Source of the DNA: Octopus bimaculoides
Taxonomy: Eukaryota
Reading direction: 5' to 3'
DNA length: 33,498 nucleotides
Assembly (NCBI RefSeq): GCF_001194135.2
Contig: NC_068983.1
Location: 82,098,965-82,132,462 of the forward strand
The position numbers and the translations under genes are program-made. The notes under the pieces were generated by a model. It worked only from the letters and a program-made list of their open reading frames with translations. It was not told the DNA's origin and did no database searches. Positions 24,229 through 33,498 of the stretch are shown here, one piece after another; positions within the stretch are counted from its first letter, which is position 1, and every line of letters begins with the position of its first letter.

Positions 24229-25790
24229 CTTCTGTCATATTGTGGGTTCTTATTTCTTTGTCCTTGGGATTATCCTTCCGGCGGATTTTATTATAGAGTA
24301 TCCTAGCTACAACGTCATGTCTCATCGTTAGATGATACCATGATGACATTTTCGGACAACTGCTTATGATATGGGTGATATCTTCACACAAAGTCTGCAT
24401 CAGTTGTCACATTTTACAGCTTTACCTGCATCACTATCCCTTTTGTGCTTGGTTGATATTTCCTGTTCCTGGATTGCAAATGCATACCCTTCAAAGTGGG
24501 AGGTAGTAATCTGGCTATTGGTCCATGATAAACTGCTTTGATGATCTGTTACTATCATCACAGAGCTTTCTACTAACGTATCTATGCACAGTCTTCTGCT
24601 CATATAGGATCATCCTTTCATCTGATGATATGTTGCGGTAGAGTTCTGCAACTTCTTTGGGCATGTATTCTAGGTTATCAGACAAAGAGTGTTGCTTAAA
24701 GAGCTGCCTTCCAAGTCTTATGATGTTATCAGCCTCATGTATACAAACTTGGTCAAGGGATGCATTTCTACATTTGGTGGTTAAAAGATGTTGCCGAAGG
24801 GATATGATGCAACATTCAAAGGTATTTTGGATTAATGTTAAGCCTCTTCCACCTTGTTTTCGTTTTAAGTAGAGGTGGTCTACATCACGGTTTATGTGGA
24901 AATTATGTGTGCTCGTTTGTATTTTTTGAGTTTTCACATCAATGGCTCGAATCTCATCAAGCATCCAATCAAGCAGCCCAAATGATGGTATGAATACTGG
25001 CACTGCAAACACATTGTGGGCCACTGTTTTATTGAATGCAGAGAGCTCTGTCTGCCAGTATGTAGGTTCATCACACTGTTGTAAATACTCATCACCAATT
25101 TCGTTAACAGCTTTTAATACCGTATCTGGTGGGTTTTTTTGTTTTTTTACTTACTTTGGTAGAGAATACTCTTTCCTCGAGAGAGTCCTTCAAAGCCAAA
25201 GTTATTTTTCCTCCGAAAATAACAGTAAGGACACATTTCACTGACATATAATCCTGACTGCCACTACTACTACTACAATAATCGTTGCTGTTACGCCTGC
25301 TATTTACCATAATCGTAGTAGGGGGACAGTGGTCAATTACTTGAACCAGTAATGTAGTTTGGCTGGCAGGCACTATAGAATCTGTTGGAATGTCACTAGT
25401 TGCGAAACCAGGTAGTGGTCTTATATCATTCACGCTTTGTTTGTAGAGTTTGGAACAAGATTAATTTTCAATTTCTTAATAAAGTTACAGTTACTAACCT
25501 TCTTTCTATGTTCTACAAATGTTGCTTGTTGGCGTAGTCGCTTTGCAGTAAAAAGATTTAATTCTGGATGCAGATCGTCCCAGTATGATTTCAATCGTTT
25601 CATATAACCAACAGTGGGATTTTGTTTCGCTTTTTCGAGGCACTTAAATAGATCATTATTCAATTCATAACTCTAAGAGAAATGAATTTTGTAGAAAGAA
25701 TTTGTTTACCTGTTGAGCTGTTGTTTTCGTTCTGTTCCTCGATTGTGTTGTACTTCATGTTGTGTCCAGCCATGTTGCTTGTAATAACTT
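24229..25790 (-). mobile_element. R4/Dong-like RLE-type LINE retaining its N-terminus but lacking RT
   Basis: N-terminal NPTVGYMKRLKSYWD...RLRQQA, then directly the post-RT FAVPVFIPSFGLLDW...LYLKRKQGGRGL, FEGYAFAIQEQEI and the CCHC-type EDITHIISSCPKMS...MRHDVVARIL. These are motifs typical of the R4 clade; the element is frameshifted. Confidence 0.85.
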
Positions 25791-25852
25791 TCTACATGGA
25801 CTCACACACAAGTATAAAAATATACGTGCACACATATGTATGGCTTTATATA

Positions 25853-26110
25853 GGCGTGGCTCTGTGGTAAGAAGCTTGCTTTCCAGCCACATGGTTCTGG
25901 GTTCAATCCCACTAGATGACACCTTGGCAATGGTCTTCTACTATAACATCGGGCTGACCAAAACCTTGTGAGTGAATTTGGTAGGCAAAAACTGAAAGAA
26001 GCCCGTCGCATATATATATATATATATATATATGTATATGTATATCTATGTGTATATGTATGCATATCTATGTGTCTGTATTTGCCCCCCCCCACACACA
26101 CACACATCAC
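25853..26110 (+). mobile_element. Family A SINE, 5' half, running into a gap
   Basis: ggcgtggctctgtggtaagaagcttgc...gggttcaatccc...ctgaaagaagcccgtcg. Confidence 0.88.
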
Positions 26111-26590
26111 NNNNNNNNNNNNNNNNNNNNNNNNNNNNNNNNNNNNNNNNNNNNNNNNNNNNNNNNNNNNNNNNNNNNNNNNNNNNNNNNNNNNNNNNNN
26201 NNNNNNNNNNNNNNNNNNNNNNNNNNNNNNNNNNNNNNNNNNNNNNNNNNNNNNNNNNNNNNNNNNNNNNNNNNNNNNNNNNNNNNNNNNNNNNNNNNNN
26301 NNNNNNNNNNNNNNNNNNNNNNNNNNNNNNNNNNNNNNNNNNNNNNNNNNNNNNNNNNNNNNNNNNNNNNNNNNNNNNNNNNNNNNNNNNNNNNNNNNNN
26401 NNNNNNNNNNNNNNNNNNNNNNNNNNNNNNNNNNNNNNNNNNNNNNNNNNNNNNNNNNNNNNNNNNNNNNNNNNNNNNNNNNNNNNNNNNNNNNNNNNNN
26501 NNNNNNNNNNNNNNNNNNNNNNNNNNNNNNNNNNNNNNNNNNNNNNNNNNNNNNNNNNNNNNNNNNNNNNNNNNNNNNNNNNNNNNNNNN

Positions 26591-26632
<42 letters not shown>

Positions 26633-27780
26633 TCTCACATATATACATTGCCATAAGTAATACAAACTATATAGTACAGAAAAGAAACATTTACTATATC
26701 AGTGTATATTTTATATGTTTAAAGCATATTATTGTCTTGATGTCAAATTAAACCAAGAAATATATATCATGTTCTCGGCATGATATCTCGAATATCAAAC
26801 TTCAAGTAGATTGCACATGTTTCATATGTTTTATATATACTGCGGTGAAACAAATTTTTTGATATTCATGCTGTGTTGGTGTGCTCGGAGTTTCATATCA
26901 GGTGTCAATCTTATACTGATATGCAAATGCGCATACCCTCATGTGAATAATGTACTCTCAACAAAGGGGTGATCAGAGTTAACCGAACTAATAAAGCCTG
27001 AAATCGCATTAAACTTGGTTAACTTTGATAATCATGTTACGATTGCAACAACTTAGGGTATATTTCATGTTTTTAATGGAACAGTAAAACTATATTCTTT
27101 TACTCTTGAGCTGATACTCACGTAGTCACTTGACCTCCTAGAAATAGCAGATAAATCAAACCTTACAGTCGTAAAATATTGGTTAACATAGTTTAGAAAA
27201 GATATATATATATATGTAACGATAGATTTTGTGTAGGTACTAATTGTAACGGGTGAGATTGATTAGGTACACAATAATATGACAAGTCGGAGTCAGCAGT
27301 TGTAACGATAAAAATTTTTTGTTATAACGGCAAGTTGTAAGATGTGAAAGATGGACAATGAATGAAGTTTTGAAGGAAGTATTTATTTACCGTTACATTA
27401 CAATACCTTGCCTCGACGGGCAGGTTATGATAAAATCCAAAAGCACGCGAAGTAAAGTCTGTGTTTGTGTCCTCTTCATTGTTTAGTAGTAATTACAGAG
27501 AGAGAGAGAGAGAATGATGTTGTAAGAGAATAGAATTAGAGCTAGTGAGAGTTGTAGGGTGTGGGACGTTGTCTCACAGTTTCTGACAATAAACTTCATT
27601 TCTCTTTCTAACCAAGGTTCTAGCTGGTCAGCCAGACTTCGTTGTCACCGAAGTGACTAACACGTTGAGTCGTCACCGACTGGTGACTAACTGATTTTTG
27701 CTTGGGGTGTTCTTGCTTTTATAACTATCTAGAAGGATAGACATATAATTGAGAACAATAGATTTAGTTGGTGGTCTTAC

Positions 27781-28017
27781 CATTGTTCCACCGTGGGAAA
27801 AGTTCTGTTGCAGTGTTAATTTAAATTTGGTAATGGTGGATCGAATCCACTTCATGCATGCAAGATCCACTATATAAGTCAGTAAATAGTGGGGTTGTGT
27901 TAACCGCACGTGGAGAAATAATAGGAAAATGAAAATAATAATAAGGCAGAATGCTAAACTGAAAGCATATTTTAATATAGATGTGTAAAAAGGATTTCTA
28001 ACCGGCTTTCCTTGCAT
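27781..28017 (-). CDS. Candidate first coding exon of an unidentified type II (signal-anchor) membrane protein, 79 aa
   Basis: TTGCCATGC start context. Encodes MQGKPVRNPFYTSILK-YAFSLAFCLIIIFIFLLFLHV-RLTQPHYLL...SHGGTM, i.e. a basic N-tail plus one hydrophobic helix. It ends at a canonical ATG|GTAAG donor in phase 0. The unspliced ORF runs 114 aa to 27673. No family recognised. Confidence 0.5.
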
Positions 28018-28281
28018 GGCAAATTTTCAACAAGAGGGACAATGAAAATGTTTTTTACAAAAAAGTGAAAAATAATATATAAAAAAATAAATATACCAAT
28101 ACATTATATTGTCTTTAAGCTTTTAAAGTTCAATGGTAATCCATGTAGATAATAATTGGAAAAAATAGGATGCATGAAATTGAGAGTTGTGTTTGGTTTA
28201 AAAAGCTAAAAGTTTATGTGTTAAGCAGGAAGTGTGGTGTCAAAAGCGGGAAGTGTGTGTAAGGGAAGACAATTCTGTGGG

Positions 28282-28288
28282 TTTTATA
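28282..28288 (-). promoter_or_regulatory. Candidate TATA box (TATAAAA) facing the 28017 exon
   Basis: gagTATAAAAccc on the minus strand, ~265 nt upstream of the ATG. Motif match only. Confidence 0.35.
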
Positions 28289-28402
28289 CTCTTTAGTTTG
28301 AGTTCTGGACTTATTAACACACAAACCCCTCAGTGACCATATTTCTCTAAGAACAGACATAAACTTCCTGTTGACAAAGAGTCCAGAATTCCAACTAAAG
28401 AG

Positions 28403-28409
28403 TATAAAA
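28403..28409 (+). promoter_or_regulatory. Mirror-image candidate TATA box in the right arm
   Basis: The identical gagTATAAAAccc context occurs on the plus strand because of the inverted duplication. Confidence 0.3.
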
Positions 28410-29594
28410 CCCACAGAATTGTCTTCCCTTACACGCACTTCGTGTTTTGACACCACACTTCCTGCTTAACGCATAAACTTTCAGCTTTTTAAACCAAATA
28501 CAACTTTCGATTTCATGCATCCTAATTTTTCCAACTATTATCTACATGGATTACCATTGAACTTTAAAAGCTCAAAGACAATATAATGTATTGGTATATT
28601 TATTTTTTTATATATTATTTTTTATATATTATTTTTCACTTTTTTGTAAAAATACGTTTTCATTCTCCCTCTTCTTGAAAATTTTTTATTTTTTAAATTT
28701 TTTCTGCCCCTTAAACTTTAATAAACCCATTATTATAAACTATATAGATCCTATACTAATTCTTTACATTATAAAAATTAAGCTTACCTTTTATGCGTCT
28801 TTAAAATATATATTAGCTTAAATTTTTTTTAATAATTTTTTTTTTTAAATAATTCAAAATAGTTTTCTGAGCCCAATATATATAATAGTCTTAAACTTTA
28901 CACCTTATCTATAGCCTTTGAATTCAAAATTGACACTACTTCAGGTTTTTTGTATAAACTAATTACATTTTATTATTAACAATTTTATTATTAACACACT
29001 TCTTATTATTAACATATTAATTAAGCTAATATTGATAGCTATAAATTTCCCATACTTAGTATATGTATAACAATACTGATGCTTTATTCAGACTAAAGAA
29101 AAAGTCCTGTTGACCTAAATGGTTAATTCCCCAACATTATGATAGCAGTAAAACCCCAACCTAAAATAGTGTTGCCACTCTGACCAGAGAAACCTTTATA
29201 ACTATATCCGTGTATAATGCTTACACCTTCCTTTTCCTTAGAAGGGATTGCCCCTTATACTATTATCACAAGATAAGAGACAATAAAATCAGAGACAGTT
29301 TGAATTCTACCTGAAACTAATTACTAGCCTTGGCTATGTCAAGATGGATTTTTATGTATTCTTCTTCCCACTTGGATTTTAAATGTTGCCACAATTATAA
29401 TATGTCTATTCTACTGTAATTTTTCTACATTTTTGTGCAGCTGAAGATTGCTCTACATATTGCATTTAATGTAATGCTTGCATTACTTAAATAAATGGAG
29501 TAGCATGAAACGTGCGTACTGCAATCATCTTTTAAAATCCGTGTTACTTATCTTGATGTGTATATATATATCGAGAGAGAGAGAGAGAGAGCAC

Positions 29595-29875
29595 TTCTCT
29601 GTCTCTCGGAAGATGAAGCTCCACATCTACAATGCATCGATCCTCTCCATTATCCATTATCTTCTATAGAGCAGAAAAGTCCCCACCCCACTCGAAGATC
29701 CTAGGAAAGAGAATCGATAGTTTCGATGGCAGAGCCCTGGGAACCATCGCCAACATCAGATGGTACCATTCACGTTTTCAACATAGATCTGCGTGCACGC
29801 ACACAACTGCCCGTAGCATCCCACCTCGTAGCTATCTGTCGCATGCACTTGTACGGACACAATTAAGTCCACGAA
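29595..29875 (+). mobile_element. Decayed RTE-like LINE C-terminal fragment
   Basis: KMKLHIYNASILS..., KILGKRIDSFDGRALGTIANIRWYH, and after a frameshift NIDLRARTQLPVASHLVAICRMHLYGH, which matches the post-RT LRxILxIxWxDxVxN...RLRWxGH region. Confidence 0.75.
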
Positions 29876-30559
29876 ATATTTATTACAATGCGCTTTTGCT
29901 TGAGATGTGAGCTCAGGAGATAATGGAAAGGAACATAAAATACTGGGAAATATTCTGCTCGCCTCTTTGATGTTTCTTCTCCCCACCAACCTACATGTGT
30001 ATGTGTTTGTATACGTATGCATATGTATGCATGTGTGTATGTGTATATCTTGTGTCTAGGAAGGGTCATTATGCCAGTAAAAATTAAATAATCACACACA
30101 CTGATTCAATAACACTTCTTTATTTTACTAACTAGTCAAATGCCTAAGTGTGTAGATGTGTGTACGTATGCATTCATGTAAGTATATATGCATGTATGTA
30201 TGTGTGTATATGTGTGGGTGTGCGTATGCATGCATTCATGTAAGTATATATGCATGTATGTGTGTGTATGTAGAGGTGTGAGCGTCTACTTACGTGTGCG
30301 CGCTCCGGTTTGTTTGCGCATATGCATGTATGTGTGCGCGTGTGTATGTATGTATGTAGTGCCATTGTTGTTTTTAAATTAGGTAGGCGTCTGTGCGTAT
30401 GTCTGGAGAAAATGGAATGCGTTGGGGAGACTTCTAGGAGTTTAGCTGAGAAGATAAACGAAACTCTGGCGTGAGTATCACGACAGGAAACAATCGTCGA
30501 TACTCTACCAACATACCAAACATCAACATAGCGGCATACTGAATCAACAAATGGATGTA

Positions 30560-30650
30560 TTAGTATAACGCTCGGGAATAGAGAAAGTCTTTAACGTTTC
30601 GAGCCTACGCTCTTCAACAGAAAGAAACAAGGAGAGAAAAAAATATGTGT
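30560..30650 (+). mobile_element. Possible Penelope-like terminal fragment
   Basis: aacgtttcgagcctacgctcttcaacagaaag resembles the ...CGAAACGT... terminal motif of Penelope-like elements. Short, and assigned from recollection. Confidence 0.4.
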
Positions 30651-33498
30651 AGCGCTCAAATGATTCGAACTTAAATTCCGATGTCTACGAAGGTCCAATT
30701 CCGTGGGCGGTAAAGAGTAGTTATAATAGGAATGTAGGAGAGCAGACACGGGGTATATTACACGGATAAACAAGTTAAATATAACAATATTAAGTGTTAC
30801 TGAGTTATACATGATCTGGGCGAATCTTTGCATGTGTATGTANNNNNNNNNNNNNNNNNNNNNNNNNNNNNNNNNNNNNNNNNNNNNNNNNNNNNNNNNN
30901 NNNNNNNNNNNNNNNNNNNNNNNNNNNNNNNNNNNNNNNNNNNNNNNNNNNNNNNNNNNNNNNNNNNNNNNNNNNNNNNNNNNNNNNNNNNNNNNNNNNN
31001 NNNNNNNNNNNNNNNNNNNNNNNNNNNNNNNNNNNNNNNNNNNNNNNNNNNNNNNNNNNNNNNNNNNNNNNNNNNNNNNNNNNNNNNNNNNNNNNNNNNN
31101 NNNNNNNNNNNNNNTATATGCATGCATGTATATACGTGTATGTTGAAAAATGGTTTTACTCTTGTGTGAAATGTATTTACGAAGTTACTTAGAACTACAC
31201 ATTAGAGTTGAATAATGCTACTTATTCAAAACAATATTTGCATAAGCTGCTAATCGGAGAGTTCTTCGTTTCCAATCTACAGGTGAAGGGGCGCTGTAGT
31301 TTCTGAAACTTTCTTATATATCCATCGGGTAGATACCCTCAGACATCCCTGGAAACAACTTCTTCGGAGATTACAGCTCTCAATGGAGGACAAGCATCAT
31401 TTTAAAAGGAAAACAAGCCCCTCCCACCAAGAAAAAAAAAACACGGAATGACAGTGTTAATTCCATTGGGTTCACTTTACAGCATTGAAACTTGATTCTC
31501 TCTGGCATCACTTGCACGATGTTGAGAATATACCACCAGCATTGGTCAAACGATCTTAACATCAGATTCAGAATTCATCCTAGGCTGGCGCCACGTACTA
31601 TTCGTCCTCTAAACAATTCAGGCTCATAACAGATAAATTCACTGCAATATAATTTCTCTTCCCCGATAGGCCCTGCAGCCCCAAAACAAATCAAAGAAGA
31701 AAAAGATTTCATTACCTTCAAAACGAAACCTGGTCAAATTTCTGCGAGGGATACCAGATAAGCCATCTATACCTGGATACATCTCAGTCAATAACAACTC
31801 CCTACTTGAATGGGCCATTATACCACGAAGCTTGGCTTTAAAATGACTTAACAAATACTATCAGGTGATGCTATTAAGTTATACATGATCTGGGCTAATC
31901 TTTGACCGAAGCATGTCTAAGTTAGCTAAGTTGAACACTATGGTTGACCTAACTGACTTATCACCTTCCCTGTAATTGTTGGCTTTAACATGGCCATTGC
32001 AGGTGTCATAATTTTAATATAAAATTGGGCGTGCATGAACATATGGGTACCTAAATCTTTGAATATATACATACGTTAATAACTCAATATATGATATAAA
32101 TCAAATGTTCTAAGTATGATAACGTTATAACGATAACTTTTGAGATATGGTTGTGCTGGTCATGGCTAACGAGACGATTAGTGAAGAATGCAGCGTTTAG
32201 GATCCGAGATACTGTGTATGGGACTTTTTTATGCTAAAACATATACGAGTTAAAGTATATGTATTACTGGTGTTGAAAGGTATTTTATGAATATAATGAT
32301 ATGTAAAAGACATAGATACTGTGTTGTCTTGGCTGCGTTATCTATTAGATATTAACTCTCAGTTTGTTTCGAAGTGTGTACTTTTACGTAGGTACTTGAA
32401 CCTGTACATATGAGATAAAAGCTTTTAAATTCAAATTTGTCTCAGGGTGGATTATTAAGTTGATTTTCTCTGTTGCGTGCATGATATAAATGCCGGTTTT
32501 CGTGTCTATATCTTTCTACTTGAATTTATATCTCGTAACGCTTGACCGTTTAATGAACAGACGTACTTGGATAAGCTAGTAGCAGCTCTTCTAGTTAATT
32601 ATAAGAAGAGGAGGGAATATTGGTAGAATCTTGATTTGTTAAGTTGATATAGGATATGGTTGTAGCGTTTATTAATGAAGACATGCTTAGTCAGAACTTA
32701 TTTTTAGACATATATAGTCAAATGGATACTTGTGTGGGTTGAGACAGTTGTATATTTGGAGGGGGTCACGGTATTGTATCATTTATATTTTTGACATACG
32801 TATATCTATATCTCTTTATATCTACTAACCGTTATTTTAAAAATACTTAATAGCGTTCTGTTTATCTTTTATGCAGTCATCAAAATTGTTATAAGTAAAA
32901 GAATTTGAATAACATCTGCGTTCAACTCCATTTATTTACTTATACTATACAAATTAATGCACATTAACCCGGAGTTTCTACTTTTGAATAGGTCACTACA
33001 TCCTTTCGCGAATTTTGCTACCCTGGTAAATGTTTATTGAATTTTCCGTGTTAGCTGTAAACAAAGGATAATTCAGTCATCCATTTATATATATATGTAA
33101 GGGACGACCGTGCGAACTCATAAAAGGAGAAATGGTGACGAATGGAAAAACAGAGGACTCCTTTTATTTAAACGTGTCACACGGTCGAACATACAATTAT
33201 ATATCAAAGATGATGATATACATGATATGTTATACGACGATAACATAGATGACCAGTAATGAAAGACCACAACCGTATAAGATGAATAACAGAGATATTT
33301 ATTGTAGCGTTAAAGATGTATGTCTGTGTGTGAGTGTGAATGCGACATATAAGAACATAATCAAAGACAGGCCGTCATACAAAGAAAAGTGTGTATGTTA
33401 GTGATACATGTGTGAGTTATTACAGCAGATAGAAAGAGTGAGTAAATGACACGTGAGCAATTATACCAGTTCGTTAGTACACTATAGGAAAAGTTCTG

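Larger units (their letters stand above)
28021..28684. repeat. Long inverted repeat: arms 28021-28311 and 28380-28684, 68-nt spacer
   Basis: Manual alignment gives 16 substitutions (11 transitions), two 1-nt indels and one 14-nt tandem duplication (atatattatttttt) in the right arm, about 94% identity. Confidence 0.97.
1093..31114. other. Assembly gaps at about 1093-1414, 5724-6097, 8289-9090, 9841-9850, 15335-16047, 19747-19756, 26111-26590 and 30843-31114
   Basis: Runs of n, most bordered by (AT)n or (CA)n tracts. Confidence 0.99.

Noticed and set aside
85-25971. Recurring ORFs ending ...VGLNPEPCGW or containing GHAGAPP
   Set aside because: They are incidental frames in family A SINEs, not a protein family.
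28591-29060. Very AT-rich hydrophobic ORF and segment considered as a mitochondrial insertion (NUMT)
   Set aside because: No mitochondrial protein motif or foldable tRNA was recognised; composition alone explains it.
4265-30382. YI/CV/HT-repeat ORFs
   Set aside because: These are translations of (AT)n and (GT)n microsatellites.
1051-31169. Long ORFs containing X runs (e.g. 8207-9163, 15143-16195, 25802-26751, 30591-31169)
   Set aside because: They are open only because they cross N-gaps.
31380-31854. Short ORFs in the 31.2-31.9 kb block
   Set aside because: No recognisable domain or splice signals.
1-33498. CRISPR array or other prokaryotic system
   Set aside because: There are no regularly spaced repeats with unique spacers and no operon-like genes; all content is eukaryotic repeat-rich DNA.

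Overview
AT-rich, repeat-dominated eukaryotic DNA. I recognise the SINE and LINE families as cephalopod (Octopus-like); this is inference from family recognition, not a database hit. The window has eight N-gaps, most flanked by (AT)n runs. It carries three tRNA-derived SINE families, a decayed DD34E Tc1 transposase, several RTE-clade LINE remnants and two R4/Dong-like (RLE-type) LINE remnants, one of which has lost its RT domain internally. There are also Penelope-like fragments, a small MITE and many microsatellites. The only credible host-gene signal is a minus-strand exon at 28017-27781 (GCC-ATG start, one transmembrane helix, GTAAG donor) that I cannot assign to a family. The most unusual structure is a ~664-bp foldback at 28021-28684 with ~94% identical arms. 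It ends 3 nt before that ATG and carries mirrored TATAAAA boxes and ETS-like motifs, so it looks like an inverted duplication of a promoter plus 5' UTR. Most ORFs in the supplied track are artefacts of gaps and microsatellites.
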